A stretch of 64,000 nt of DNA from Armatimonadota bacterium (GCA_039679675.1 JBDKUN010000009.1:22863-86862), one strand, 5' to 3'; counted from the first letter of the stretch, positions 39,784 to 50,576 are shown. Made by a program: numbers and translations. Notes: generated from the sequence alone by a model not told the origin.

Positions 39784-41274
39784 ATGATTATACAGAAACG
39801 GGCGTGCGGATTCGTCATACTTCTGGTTCTGGCACTCATCGCTCCAGCCGTCGCGGCTCCGTCGGACGCCAACTTCAAGAAAGGTATCGAGTATTATAAG
39901 GGCGGCAATAACGCTGCCGCAATTACCGAACTTGAAAAGGCTGTGCAGGCTGATCCTAAGAACGCACCAGCTATGAGCTGGTTGGGTTATCTGCTGCTCA
40001 AGGAGCAGCGTGCTGCAGATGCAGTAACCTACCTTCAGACCGCTTCGGAATTGTCTCCGAAAGACCCCGAGGTATGGAATAATCTTGGAACTGCCTACTA
40101 CAACATAGGCGAAAATGAAAAAGCCATAGATGCATACTCCCAGGTAGTCAAACTGCGCCCGGCTTCGGCTGATTCCATCTACAACCTCGCCAACGCACAG
40201 CTCAAACTAAACAATCTGGCGGAGGCTGAGAAGCAGTTCCGAAATGCAGCGACTCTAAAGCCGAAAGATGTGAATGTTCTGAACAACCTGGGGCTGACAC
40301 TCCAGCGGGAAAATAAGCTCGATGATGCGATTGTCACTTTCAAAAAGGCTATCGAGATAGAACCTGAAAACGCCACGCTGCTTTTGAATCTCGGCACAGC
40401 CCTCAAGTCCAGCGGAGACACAGCCGGCGCTGTGCAGGCATTCGAACACCTGGTCAAACTGAACAAGAACCTTTATTATGCTCACGTAGCGCTGGGTGAA
40501 CTTATCTCCTCGGATGAGAGTAAGACCGATTCCGCTATTGAGCACTACAGGCAGGCTGCAAAACTGCAGCCGGGTGAGTTCGCACCGAACTACAACCTGG
40601 GTGTGCTGCTTGCGAAACAGGGTAAACACAAAGCCGCCATCGATGCATATAACGCCGCACTGCAGGTAAAACCGACCGATGTCGAGACCATGACCAACAT
40701 CGGCTGGTCTCTCTACAAGACCGGCCGCACTGCGGACGCAATCAAACAGCTTAAGGTTGCCATCGATCAGGACCCATCTTTTATGACTGCACGGAAACGC
40801 CTTGCGATGATTTATACGTATGAGAAAGATGGCACGTCGGACCAGACCTTGAAGCAGAGCTATATGGACAGCGGTATCGCCGAGTGGCGCGAGATAGTCA
40901 AGCTGGACGGAAAAGATGTAGCTGCCAGAGTCAATCTTGCCAACTTCTATCTGGACGCGAAAGATGCCGGGAATGCTCAGGAGCAGTATCAAAAGGCGCT
41001 GGAGATGGATGCCGGTAACTCGTCGGCACGGCTTGGCCTGGGGCTTTCTCTGGTCGAACTGAATAAGATCGATGAAGCCATAGAGCAGTTCAGAAGCCTG
41101 GTAAAGTCGAATCCCAAACTCCCGTCGGCGTATAATAATCTAGGCGTCGCATTGGAGAAAAAAGGGCTTGCAGAGGAGGCGAAAGCGCAATACAAGAAGG
41201 CTCTTGAGCTCGATCCGGGATATTCCGACGCCAAGTTCAATCTTGACCGGCTGGCGAATGTCCCTAAACATTGA
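39784..41274 (+). CDS. Exported tetratricopeptide repeat protein
   Basis: Signal peptide followed by many 34-aa TPR repeats (NNLG...A...Y..AL). Confidence 0.92.
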   Translation: MIIQKRACGFVILLVLALIAPAVAAPSDANFKKGIEYYKGGNNAAAITELEKAVQADPKNAPAMSWLGYLLLKEQRAADAVTYLQTASELSPKDPEVWNNLGTAYYNIGENEKAIDAYSQVVKLRPASADSIYNLANAQLKLNNLAEAEKQFRNAATLKPKDVNVLNNLGLTLQRENKLDDAIVTFKKAIEIEPENATLLLNLGTALKSSGDTAGAVQAFEHLVKLNKNLYYAHVALGELISSDESKTDSAIEHYRQAAKLQPGEFAPNYNLGVLLAKQGKHKAAIDAYNAALQVKPTDVETMTNIGWSLYKTGRTADAIKQLKVAIDQDPSFMTARKRLAMIYTYEKDGTSDQTLKQSYMDSGIAEWREIVKLDGKDVAARVNLANFYLDAKDAGNAQEQYQKALEMDAGNSSARLGLGLSLVELNKIDEAIEQFRSLVKSNPKLPSAYNNLGVALEKKGLAEEAKAQYKKALELDPGYSDAKFNLDRLANVPKH

Positions 41275-42173
41275 TAAATGACGAGCGGATTGCGCAAAAC
41301 TTGAAAACAATAGGTCTTGTCGCCAACCCACAGAAACCGGAAGCTCTGCGCCTTGCAGCAGAGCTGGCCGATTGGCTTGCGGACAGGCATGTTAAAACAC
41401 TCATCGAACCCAAACCGGCTGAATTAATAGGCCGCGAGGATATTGCTGTGGATACCGATACCGTCTACGGTGCGGATATGGTGGTCGTGCTCGGCGGTGA
41501 CGGCACATTACTTCGGGCCGCGCGCCTGGCGGGGCCGAAAGGCACTCCCATCCTCGGCGTACATTTGGGCAAGTATGGGTTTATCACTGAAATTCATCCG
41601 CCGGACGTAAAATCCGCCCTCGAACGAGTGATCGAGGGCGATTTTCAGATCAGCGAGCGGCTGATGCTTTCCGCGAACCTCATCAGGGGCGGAAAAACGG
41701 TCTTTTCGGCCTCAGCGCTCAATGATATAGTGGTGTCCAAAGGCCCACTCGCAAGGCTCCTCAGCTTGCGGCTCTTCGCCAACGAAAGATCGATCGCAAC
41801 CTACGCTGCAGACGGGATTATAGTCGCCAGCCCTACCGGATCGACGGCTTATTCACTCTCGGCGGGCGGCCCCGTGGTCGATCCCAATGTGAAGGTGATG
41901 ATAATCACGCCGATCTGTCCCCATACGCTGAATGCCCGGTCGCTCGTTGTCCCGGACGGCGAAACGGTGCAGATAGTCGGGGAGTGCGAGTCGGACGGCG
42001 AGGACGTTATGATGCTTACAGTGGACGGGCAGGTCGGCTGCGAAATGGAGCGCCGGGACAAGGTGGACATCAGGCGGGCCGGGTTTTGTGCCAGGATCGT
42101 TTACTGGAACAGTATGAGTTTCTACGACAAGCTTCAGCAGAGGCTGAAATGGGGAGAACGTTTTAGCTCATAA
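41271..42173 (+). CDS. nadK: NAD kinase
   Basis: LGGDGTLL, ALND, SPTGSTAYSLSAGGP. Confidence 0.96.
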   Translation: MINDERIAQNLKTIGLVANPQKPEALRLAAELADWLADRHVKTLIEPKPAELIGREDIAVDTDTVYGADMVVVLGGDGTLLRAARLAGPKGTPILGVHLGKYGFITEIHPPDVKSALERVIEGDFQISERLMLSANLIRGGKTVFSASALNDIVVSKGPLARLLSLRLFANERSIATYAADGIIVASPTGSTAYSLSAGGPVVDPNVKVMIITPICPHTLNARSLVVPDGETVQIVGECESDGEDVMMLTVDGQVGCEMERRDKVDIRRAGFCARIVYWNSMSFYDKLQQRLKWGERFSS

Positions 42174-42198
42174 TCAGTCACCGTCCCCGATATAAGCT

Positions 42199-43866
42199 AT
42201 GCTTACACAGATCCAGATTAAAAATTTTGCGCTTATCGACGACCTGAGCATCCGGCTCGGAAAAGGGTTCAATGTGCTCACAGGCGAGACAGGCGCGGGC
42301 AAGTCCATAATCATCGATGCGATAACGACGATACTCGGAGAGCGGGCATCGTCCGATTTTATACGTACCGGGACCGACCGGGCGCTCGTGGAAGTCGAGT
42401 TCGACCTGACGGAGAGTCCGAAAGCGCTGGAAAAGGCCGCCGAGCTTGGGTTCGACGTGGACGAAGGGGTGCTTTTGATCTCCCGCGAGCTGGCTTCCGG
42501 CGGTAAATCACAGAGCCGGATCAACGGCAGGCTTTCGACCCTTTCGATGCTGAAAGAAGTCACTTCCGGGCTGATAGATGTCCACGGGCAGCACGAGCAC
42601 CAGACGCTTCTTTCCGTAGAGAGCCATCTGGAGATTCTCGACCAATGGTGCGGCGAGAAAACGGTAGAACTCAGGGCAAAGGTCGCGGAGCATTATTGCG
42701 AACTTAACGGCCTCAGGTCCGAGCTTGAGGGATTAAGGCGGGACGAGCGTGAACGCGCCCGGATGCTTGATCTTTACGAGTTTCAGAAGTCCGAAATCGA
42801 GGCTGCGAATCTTTCTCCGGGTGAGGATGAAGAGCTTGCAGCCGAGCGTATCCGGTTGGCGAATGCAGAGAAGCTGCACGAGCTGGCTTCAGAGGCACAT
42901 GCGGCAATAAGCGGCGGCGGAGTGGAAAATGGCGCTGCTGATATGCTTTCGAGCGCCCTTGTCCAGATTCAGTCAATGGCGGCGCTGGATGAATCGATTG
43001 CGCCTGCTCTGCAGGACCTCGAAACGGCGCTTTACGCGGCTGAACAGGCACAGGCCGCGATACGCAATTATCGCGATGATGTCGAATTCAACCCGGAGAG
43101 GCTGGAAGCCGTCGAAGAGCGGTTGGACCTTATCAGGACACTGAAACGCAAGTACGGCGACTCTATCGAAGAGATTATAGCTTACGGCCGGGAGGTCGCG
43201 GGCAAGATGAACGACCTGACTCACAGCGAGGAGCGAGGAGCAGAGCTCAAGGAGTCCATAGAACGCGTTGAAGACGAGTTGATGGGTATCGCGCGGCGTC
43301 TCTCGGACCAGAGAAAAGCCGGAGCTGCGAAGTTCGCGAAAGCCGTAGAATCGGAATTGGCCGATCTCGCGATGGCAGGGACGAAATTCGATGTATTCTT
43401 TGCCGAAAGTGCGCCGGGGCCAAGGGGGATAGACCAGTTGGAGTTTGTAATATCCCCGAATCCCGGTGAGCCGATGAAACCGCTTACGAAAATAGCATCC
43501 GGCGGGGAGATTTCGAGGGTGATGCTCGCGCTCAAGACGGTAATGGCTGGAGCTGATAGAGTGCCGACGCTTATCTTCGACGAGGTGGACACAGGAATAG
43601 GCGGGCTCACAGCGCAGATACTCGGCCAGAAGCTCGCGGCGGTCGCGAAAACCGCCCAGGTGATGTGCGTGACCCACCTGGCACAGATCGCGAGCCGGGC
43701 CGATTACCATTTTTCGGTCGAAAAACTGGTCGAAGAAGACCGGACGGTTGTCCGGGTGCATCCAGTCGAGGGAGAAGCCCGTGTACAGGAGCTTGCACGG
43801 ATGATCGGAGGCACTGAGGACTCGAAAACCGCGCTGGAGCACGCGCGGGAGATGCTGAAGAGATAG
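42199..43866 (+). CDS. recN: DNA repair protein RecN
   Basis: TGETGAGKS, HGQHEHQ, ASGGEISR, IFDEVDTGIGG. Confidence 0.98.
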   Translation: MLTQIQIKNFALIDDLSIRLGKGFNVLTGETGAGKSIIIDAITTILGERASSDFIRTGTDRALVEVEFDLTESPKALEKAAELGFDVDEGVLLISRELASGGKSQSRINGRLSTLSMLKEVTSGLIDVHGQHEHQTLLSVESHLEILDQWCGEKTVELRAKVAEHYCELNGLRSELEGLRRDERERARMLDLYEFQKSEIEAANLSPGEDEELAAERIRLANAEKLHELASEAHAAISGGGVENGAADMLSSALVQIQSMAALDESIAPALQDLETALYAAEQAQAAIRNYRDDVEFNPERLEAVEERLDLIRTLKRKYGDSIEEIIAYGREVAGKMNDLTHSEERGAELKESIERVEDELMGIARRLSDQRKAGAAKFAKAVESELADLAMAGTKFDVFFAESAPGPRGIDQLEFVISPNPGEPMKPLTKIASGGEISRVMLALKTVMAGADRVPTLIFDEVDTGIGGLTAQILGQKLAAVAKTAQVMCVTHLAQIASRADYHFSVEKLVEEDRTVVRVHPVEGEARVQELARMIGGTEDSKTALEHAREMLKR

Positions 43867-43871
43867 CTAAT

Positions 43872-45032
43872 ATGCTTAAAATATCAGGTACAATCAAGCT
43901 GGACAAGCGGACCAAGAACCTTGCGCCGAGACTGCGCAGTGGGGAGATCGCCCTGATAGACCATCAGGACATCGACTCAGTGTCGGCTCAGATGCTGATC
44001 GACAGGCGAATTGCGGCAGTAGTGAACGCAGGGTTGTCGATTTCCGGCAGGTACCCTAACGCCGGGCCTAAAATGCTCCTCAATGCCGGAATTCCGATAC
44101 TGGACGGTGTCGGGCAGGAGCCGTTCGATCGGATTCATGAAGGCGACCAGGTAGAGATCTCCGGCTGCGAACTCAAGCTTAACGGTGATGTAATATGCCA
44201 GGGGACGCAGCTCACCCAGGCGGACATTGCACGCATGCTGGAGGAGTCCAAACTCAATCTGGACAGCGAGCTTGAGCGGTTCGCCGAGAACACGCTGACT
44301 TATGTCCTTCAGGAAAAATCGATCCTGCTCGATGCGACGAAGCTCCCGTCCGTAGACACCGGAATTGCAGGGAGGCAAGTCCTGATTGTCGTCCGCGGAG
44401 AGGGCTATAAGGACGATCTCGTAAGCCTGCGGGTGTATATAAACGAGGTCAAGCCTATCTTGATCGGCGTCGATGGCGGAGCGGACGCGCTTCTTGAAAT
44501 GGGCTACAAGCCGCATATGATCATCGGCGATATGGACAGTGTGAGCGACAAGGCTCTCCGGTGCGGGGCAGAGATCGTCGTCCATACATATACGGACAAA
44601 TCGCGTAAGGCTCCTGGGGTCACTCGGCTGCAGGAAATGGGTATCGAGACGAAACTCGCGGCTGTGCCAGGTACGAGTGAGGATGTGGCGATGCTTTTGG
44701 CCTATGAAAAAGGCGCGGAGTTGATCGTCGCTGTCGGAACTCATTCGAACTTGATAGATTTTCTGGACAAAGGCCGCAAGGGGATGTCGAGCACGTTTCT
44801 GGTGAGGCTCAAAGTCGGGCCGAAGCTGGTGGATGCGCGCGGAGCCAGCAAGCTGTATAATTCTTCTCCGAAGCTCCGCTACGCCGGAGTGTTGGTGCTT
44901 GCGGCAATGGCTGCCCTTATTGCTGTTATTGCATTATCGCCTGCAGTGCAGGACCAGATCAGAATGTTTATAATAGAGCAGAAATCCCGGTTGTGGGACC
45001 TTTGGGTCCAACTCAGGCTTTGGGAAAGGTAA
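43872..45032 (+). CDS. steA: SteA-like protein (thiamine pyrophosphokinase-like domain)
   Basis: DKRTKNL, SISGRYPN, GVDGGADA, IGDMDSV, DKGRKGMSSTFL. Follows recN. Confidence 0.88.
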   Translation: MLKISGTIKLDKRTKNLAPRLRSGEIALIDHQDIDSVSAQMLIDRRIAAVVNAGLSISGRYPNAGPKMLLNAGIPILDGVGQEPFDRIHEGDQVEISGCELKLNGDVICQGTQLTQADIARMLEESKLNLDSELERFAENTLTYVLQEKSILLDATKLPSVDTGIAGRQVLIVVRGEGYKDDLVSLRVYINEVKPILIGVDGGADALLEMGYKPHMIIGDMDSVSDKALRCGAEIVVHTYTDKSRKAPGVTRLQEMGIETKLAAVPGTSEDVAMLLAYEKGAELIVAVGTHSNLIDFLDKGRKGMSSTFLVRLKVGPKLVDARGASKLYNSSPKLRYAGVLVLAAMAALIAVIALSPAVQDQIRMFIIEQKSRLWDLWVQLRLWER

Positions 45033-45036
45033 TCAG

Positions 45037-45924
45037 GTGATAGATCTCCGTTATCATGTATATAGTTTGGCGGCTGTTTTCTTCGCACTTGCAATAGGCG
45101 TGGTTATCGGCACGTCGTTTGTCGGTAAACCGGCGGATAGAGCTCAGGTGCTGCGTATATCCGAAAGGTACGAGCACACGCTTTCCACGATGGATGACAG
45201 GCTGCGGGAGCAGGACCGCAATTTTCGGGCTGCAAAGGCCGACCTCGCTCGAAGCGAAAAGATGAACCATGCGCTCATGCCCGTGGCGCTTAAAGATAAG
45301 CTGCTTTACTACAACATCGCTATCGTCCAGACAGGAGATTACGATGATCTGGCTACCAGCCTGCGGTCGGTGATCCAATCGGCAGGGGGGCAGGTCACCA
45401 GCATCACCAAGATCTCTCCCAAATTCGATTTCGAAGATAAAGCCGCTCTCGCAGACGTAATGGGAGCCATAGGAGTAGTTCCGGCGCAGAACGAAAACGG
45501 ACGTACTGCTGTTATGAGACTCGTCGCGGAGGCGCTGGTCTCCGGTAAGCATACGGATAAACTCCCAATACTCGAAGAGAAGAAAATGCTGAACCTGTCC
45601 GGAGATTACGGGCGATGGAACAAGGGTGTGGTGATCATCGGCGGATCGACATCGGAAGATAATAATAGAGCCGAGGTGATCGATATCCCTCTGATCGATG
45701 AACTCCGCGGCCTCAACGCTGTGGTGGTAGCATGTGAACCACTGAACGCGGTTAGTTCGTATATACCAGTCTGGAAGCGTGTAGATGCGGCTACTGTCGA
45801 TAACGCCGACAGAGCAAGCGGTGAAAGCGCGCTCATCTGTGCCCTGACCGGCGAAAAAGCCCATTTTGGACAAAAACGGACTGCGGAGCGGTTCGTCCCC
45901 GAGACATTGGGGGCCAGTAAGTGA
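45037..45924 (+). CDS. SteB/MctB-like ('copper transporter') protein
   Basis: MIDLRYHVYSLAAVFFALAIG...TVDNAD. Follows steA. Confidence 0.85.
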   Translation: MIDLRYHVYSLAAVFFALAIGVVIGTSFVGKPADRAQVLRISERYEHTLSTMDDRLREQDRNFRAAKADLARSEKMNHALMPVALKDKLLYYNIAIVQTGDYDDLATSLRSVIQSAGGQVTSITKISPKFDFEDKAALADVMGAIGVVPAQNENGRTAVMRLVAEALVSGKHTDKLPILEEKKMLNLSGDYGRWNKGVVIIGGSTSEDNNRAEVIDIPLIDELRGLNAVVVACEPLNAVSSYIPVWKRVDAATVDNADRASGESALICALTGEKAHFGQKRTAERFVPETLGASK

Positions 45925-46607
45925 GCAGAGTAGCCGTGCTGATCCCGGCTTATAACGAAGCCGACAGGATCGCCGACACTATCAAAGCTGCGCGAGGCAT
46001 CGAAGGGATCGACGAGATCTTAGTCATCGACGACGGCTCTACAGATGACACCTCCGGCCAGGCTGAGGCAGCAAAAGCAGACAGAGTCGTTGTTCTGCCA
46101 TCGAACAAGGGCAAAGGTAAGGCGCTCGAAGCTGGAATTGCCGCAACTGACGCCGGTATAATCCTCATGCTGGACGCCGACCTGGCATCATCAGCCAAAG
46201 CCGCGGAAGCACTATTGGAACCTGTTACATCAGGACGGGCTGACATGACCATAGCAGTGCTTCCATCGGTCAAAAACTCCGGCGGATTCGGCTTTGCCGT
46301 CGGTCTCGCCCGTTGGGGCATCCAGAAGTTCACGGGAGAGACTATGTCCGCGCCGCTTTCCGGCCAAAGAGCCCTTAAAAAAGAGATTGTCGAGCGCATG
46401 GGCGGGTTTGACTACGGTTTTGGGGTCGAAACCGGGCTTACCATAGATGCCTTTAAGATGGGCTACAAAGTAGAGGAAGTCCCCGTCGGAATTTCGCACA
46501 GAACGACCGGACGGACTATGAAAGGGTTCATCCACAGGGGAGAACAGTTCAGAGACATAGCAAGAGCGCTTCTTGTGCGGGCTGTAGGGATCAGGAGATG
46601 CAAATGA
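45921..46607 (+). CDS. Glycosyltransferase family 2
   Basis: IPAYNE, IDDGSTD, LDAD, PLSGQRA. Confidence 0.92.
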   Translation: MSRVAVLIPAYNEADRIADTIKAARGIEGIDEILVIDDGSTDDTSGQAEAAKADRVVVLPSNKGKGKALEAGIAATDAGIILMLDADLASSAKAAEALLEPVTSGRADMTIAVLPSVKNSGGFGFAVGLARWGIQKFTGETMSAPLSGQRALKKEIVERMGGFDYGFGVETGLTIDAFKMGYKVEEVPVGISHRTTGRTMKGFIHRGEQFRDIARALLVRAVGIRRCK

Positions 46608-47041
46608 CGGAATCCAACGCTCGTATGATCGATAAAAATAGTCAGCCCGATGATACCAGCTTGGTTGATTGGCTGGGCGAAGAGAATTACGCCAGATGGA
46701 CTCACATAACCCGCTTTATTGAGACCAATTATCCGGGTATTTTCGAGCCGGAATGGCTTTTCGGCGGCAAACACGGCTGGAGCCTGCGTTATAAGAAGTC
46801 GAAATCGTTTTGCACATTGATTCCTGAGAAAAACAGGCTGCTGATCCAGATAGTGTTCGGCGGTAGCGAGCGAGAAAAAACCGAAACGATACTGCCCGAG
46901 CTGGTTTCTCATGCCAGAGAAGATTACGTATCCGCAACCACTTATCACGACGGAAAGTGGCTTGCGCTCGTGGTAGACAGCAACTTGGTGCTTTCAGACG
47001 TGGAGCGATTGTTGATTATCAAGCGGAAACCGAGAATTTAG
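46604..47041 (+). CDS. DUF3788 family protein
   Basis: GWSLRYKKSKSFCTLIP; YHDGKWL. Confidence 0.75.
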   Translation: MTESNARMIDKNSQPDDTSLVDWLGEENYARWTHITRFIETNYPGIFEPEWLFGGKHGWSLRYKKSKSFCTLIPEKNRLLIQIVFGGSEREKTETILPELVSHAREDYVSATTYHDGKWLALVVDSNLVLSDVERLLIIKRKPRI

Positions 47042-47048
47042 ACATTTT

Positions 47049-47864
47049 ATGCTTTATATATACGCAATAACTGCTGCAGCAGCCGTAGTCTGTCATGGGA
47101 TAATCTCCCTTGCGATCAGGCGGTTCGGCTGGCAGAAGGAAAACTTCAGAAAAGAGAAAATCCCCTACGTCTTCGGACTATATATTGTCTCCTATGGAGC
47201 AATCGGTGCAGTGCTCGCCAGATACACCCGGTACGGTTCGCATGATGCAAATCTCTACCTGATAGTGCTCCTTGGTTTCGGGATACTGGGCTTTATTGAC
47301 GATGTATTCGGTTCGAGAAATGTAGGAGGTTTCCGGGGACATTTCAAGAAGTTATTATTGGAAGGCAAATTGACGACCGGCGCGGCGAAAGCCCTGGGCG
47401 GCGGGATTATTGCCTTGTACCTGGCTTATCAGGCATCCGGCGGAAGAATTGGGATGTGGGCGCTTGATACGGTAGTTATCGCGCTTGCCGCAAACACTAT
47501 CAATCTCCTTGATCTGAGGCCTGGCCGGGCGATTTTCGCGTTTTTCGTTGGGCTTTTGGCTGCAGTTATTCTGGCATGGGGTTCGCTTTCCGCTCCACTT
47601 GCAGTCGCAGTCATCGCAGCTGCCGCAATAGTTGTTGCGCATTATGACCGGAGAGGGCTTGCGATGCTGGGGGATGTTGGTTCAAATACGCTTGGAGCTG
47701 TGCTTGGACTGACGCTTGCGCTGGATGCGCCGGTTGCCGGAAAGGCCGCTGCTGCTGCGTTTTTTTTTGTAATAAACCTTTTTTCCGAGCGACGCTCGAT
47801 TTCTGAGCTTATAGAGCACAATAATGTGCTTTCCCGCATAGATTCGAAGCTGGGGGTACGCTAG
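47049..47864 (+). CDS. MraY/WecA-like membrane glycosyl-phosphate transferase
   Basis: GFIDD, GFRGH, NLLDLRPGRA, MLGDVGSN. Confidence 0.8.
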   Translation: MLYIYAITAAAAVVCHGIISLAIRRFGWQKENFRKEKIPYVFGLYIVSYGAIGAVLARYTRYGSHDANLYLIVLLGFGILGFIDDVFGSRNVGGFRGHFKKLLLEGKLTTGAAKALGGGIIALYLAYQASGGRIGMWALDTVVIALAANTINLLDLRPGRAIFAFFVGLLAAVILAWGSLSAPLAVAVIAAAAIVVAHYDRRGLAMLGDVGSNTLGAVLGLTLALDAPVAGKAAAAAFFFVINLFSERRSISELIEHNNVLSRIDSKLGVR

Positions 47865-47868
47865 CAAA

Positions 47869-48075
47869 ATGGCATTTATTGAGATCAACAAAGAGTTGTG
47901 CAAGGGATGCGAGCTTTGCATCCACTTCTGTCCGAAAAAACTAATCGAAATGGCCGATGGGTTCAATTCCAAAGGGAACCGGTTCTCGCAGGTCAAGAAC
48001 AATGGCGAGTCGTGTACCGGCTGCGCTCTCTGCGCAAAGGTTTGTCCCGATGTAGCCATAGAAGTGTGGAGGTAA
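47869..48075 (+). CDS. 2-oxoacid:ferredoxin oxidoreductase delta (4Fe-4S) subunit
   Basis: CKGCELCIHFCP and CTGCALCAKVCP. Confidence 0.92.
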   Translation: MAFIEINKELCKGCELCIHFCPKKLIEMADGFNSKGNRFSQVKNNGESCTGCALCAKVCPDVAIEVWR

Positions 48076-48079
48076 ATCA

Positions 48080-49198
48080 GTGGCGGCTAAGACCTTGATG
48101 AAGGGAAATGAGGCGATAGTGCGCGGAGCCATCGCGGGAGGATGCCGCGGGTTCTTTGGTTATCCCATCACGCCTCAGAACGAGATTCCTGAATATATGT
48201 CTGCGCTCATGCCCGAAATAGGCGGCGCATTTGTCCAAGCTGAGAGCGAAGTCGCGTCGATCAACATGGTCTACGGTGCGGCAAGCACCGGCGCGAGGGT
48301 TATGACCACATCATCGAGCCCCGGAATCAGCCTGATGCAGGAAGGTATTTCCTACATCGCGACGGCTGAACTCCCGGCGGTCATAGTAAATATGCAGCGC
48401 GGAGGCCCAGGACTGGGTAACATTGCGGCGAGCCAGTCCGACTATTTCCAGGCAGTCAAAGGCGGCGGTCATGGCGACTACAAGCTGCTAACGCTGGCTC
48501 CGTGGTCGATAACCGAGTGCTATAACTTTGCGGCTATGGCGTTCGACCTTGCCGACAAATATCGGGCCCCTGTCATGATCCTTGCGGATGCCATCATCGG
48601 CCAGATGATCGAGCAGATAGAGGTCCCTGAAAAAGTCGAGAGCCATCCGGTCGAAAAACCGTGGGCGACTAACGGCTGCAAGGGCCGAAAGCATAACGTC
48701 ATCAACTCGCTCTACATCATCCCGAAGGACCTTGAAGAGATTAATTTGAAGCTCCAGGCGAAGTATGCCCTTATGGCAGAGAACGAAGTCAGGTTCGAGA
48801 AGACCCAGACAGACGACGCGGACCTCGTGGTCGTGGCATACGGCGCGACAGCGAGAATAAGTAAGACTGCTATCGACCTCGCGAGAAAAGAAGGCTTAAA
48901 AGTCGGCTTGTTCAGGCCGGTCAGCCTCTTCCCATACCCGTCCGCAGAGCTTCTTAAGATGGCAGAGCAGGGCAAGAAGTTCCTCGTAGTAGAGATGAGC
49001 CACGGACAGATGCTAGAAGACGTGAAACTTTCCGTCAACGGAAAGGCCGAAGTCTCGTTCTACGGCAGAAGCGGCGGCATGGTGCCGAACCCGCTCGAAG
49101 TGTTGGATAAGATCAGGGAACTCCTCGGAAAATCCAACGGCTCATGCGGCTGTGGCTGCTGCTGCGGCAAGACACAGAAGACGGAGGTCTCGAAATGA
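48080..49198 (+). CDS. vorB: 3-methyl-2-oxobutanoate/2-oxoacid:ferredoxin oxidoreductase alpha subunit
   Basis: GYPITPQNE, QAESE, TSSSPG, RGGPGLG. Confidence 0.9.
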   Translation: MAAKTLMKGNEAIVRGAIAGGCRGFFGYPITPQNEIPEYMSALMPEIGGAFVQAESEVASINMVYGAASTGARVMTTSSSPGISLMQEGISYIATAELPAVIVNMQRGGPGLGNIAASQSDYFQAVKGGGHGDYKLLTLAPWSITECYNFAAMAFDLADKYRAPVMILADAIIGQMIEQIEVPEKVESHPVEKPWATNGCKGRKHNVINSLYIIPKDLEEINLKLQAKYALMAENEVRFEKTQTDDADLVVVAYGATARISKTAIDLARKEGLKVGLFRPVSLFPYPSAELLKMAEQGKKFLVVEMSHGQMLEDVKLSVNGKAEVSFYGRSGGMVPNPLEVLDKIRELLGKSNGSCGCGCCCGKTQKTEVSK

Positions 49199-49935
49199 CA
49201 GGCACGAAAGTATTCGAACGGCCGAAGGCCTTAAGCGATATTCAGCATTCATACTGCGCTGGCTGCCTCCATGGCGTTATGCACAGGATCGTAGCAGAGG
49301 TCATCGACGAGATGGGGCTTCTGGAAAATACCGTAGGCGTATGCCCGGTAGGCTGCTCGGTCTTTATGTATGACTACATGAGCTGCGATATGATCGAAGC
49401 CTCGCACGGAAGAGCTCCTGCGGTTGCGACAGGCGTCAAGAGGATGCTTCCGGATAAGTTCGTATTCGCATACCAGGGCGACGGCGACCTTGCGGCAATC
49501 GGTACAGCCGAGACGGTGCATGCCGCAGCCCGTGGAGAGAACATCTCCGTTATATTCATCAATAACGGCACCTATGGAATGACCGGCGGGCAGATGGCCC
49601 CGACGACCATAGTCGGTGAGAAGAGAACCACCTGCCCGAAAGGAAGAGACCCGAAAACAGCCGGATATCCGATAAAGGTGTGCGAACTCCTCGCCACGCT
49701 GGACGGCCCGTCCTACATCACACGGGTTGCCCCTGTAAGCGCCGCTGGGATAAACCAGACAAAGATGGCCGTAAAGAAAGCCTTCCAGAATCAGCTTGAC
49801 GGTAAGGGATTCTCGTTTGTCGAGGTGCTCTCTAATTGCCCAACGCATTGGAAGATGAAGCCGATCGAGACATTCAAGTGGATCGAAGAGACGGCTACTG
49901 TCCATTTCCCGCTGGGAGTCTTTGTGGATCGATAA
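49195..49935 (+). CDS. 2-oxoacid:ferredoxin oxidoreductase beta (TPP-binding) subunit
   Basis: YCAGC, HGRA, QGDGD, YGMTGGQ. Confidence 0.92.
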   Translation: MTGTKVFERPKALSDIQHSYCAGCLHGVMHRIVAEVIDEMGLLENTVGVCPVGCSVFMYDYMSCDMIEASHGRAPAVATGVKRMLPDKFVFAYQGDGDLAAIGTAETVHAAARGENISVIFINNGTYGMTGGQMAPTTIVGEKRTTCPKGRDPKTAGYPIKVCELLATLDGPSYITRVAPVSAAGINQTKMAVKKAFQNQLDGKGFSFVEVLSNCPTHWKMKPIETFKWIEETATVHFPLGVFVDR

Positions 49936-49946
49936 GGAGGGATACT

Positions 49947-50495
49947 ATGCATCAGGAAGTTATTATGGCTGGAACCGGCGGGCAGGGAATTATGGTCATT
50001 GGACAGCTGCTTGCCTACGGTGCAGTCGGTGAAGATAAAAATGTTGTGTGGTTCCCGTCCTACGGGCCGGAGACCAGAGGCGGAACGGCGGACTGCACGG
50101 TAATAGTCTCCGACGGCCAGATTGGTTCGCCGGTCACGGCCGTGCCGGATACGCTCCTTGCAATGAGCCAGATCCAGATCGGGCGGCATGCCTCGAAGAT
50201 CAAGAAAGACGGGTTTATTTTCTTTAACTCAACGCTCGTAGAAGATCCTTCAAAGGAGTGCCCGGACTGCAAGTCCGTCGGAGTTCCCGCGAGTGAGATC
50301 GCAGACGAGCTCGGCAATATGAGAGTTGCCAACATGGTTATGCTTGGCGCGTTCGTCGAGGTAACGAAGTCTATCAATCTGGACTCGGTCTGCAAGGCGC
50401 TGACGAAGGTCCTTCCTTCGCACAGGCAGGACCTTATCCCGCTGAACGAAGCAGCGCTTAGAAAAGGCGCAGAATACGCCGCAAAACTGAAATAG
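49947..50495 (+). CDS. 2-oxoacid:ferredoxin oxidoreductase gamma subunit
   Basis: AGTGGQG, PSYGPETRGG, NMVMLGA. AGGAGG RBS. Confidence 0.92.
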   Translation: MHQEVIMAGTGGQGIMVIGQLLAYGAVGEDKNVVWFPSYGPETRGGTADCTVIVSDGQIGSPVTAVPDTLLAMSQIQIGRHASKIKKDGFIFFNSTLVEDPSKECPDCKSVGVPASEIADELGNMRVANMVMLGAFVEVTKSINLDSVCKALTKVLPSHRQDLIPLNEAALRKGAEYAAKLK

Positions 50496-50514
50496 CGGTT
50501 ATTAAATAAAAAGT

Positions 50515-50551
50515 AAAAACGGCTGGTGGCTTTAGCTATCAGCCGTTTTTT
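50515..50551. terminator. Bidirectional terminator
   Basis: AAAAACGGCTGGTGGC-ttta-GCTATCAGCCGTTTTT. Confidence 0.8.
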
Positions 50552-50576
50552 AGTATAAGTGCGTCAAGGTGAAACT

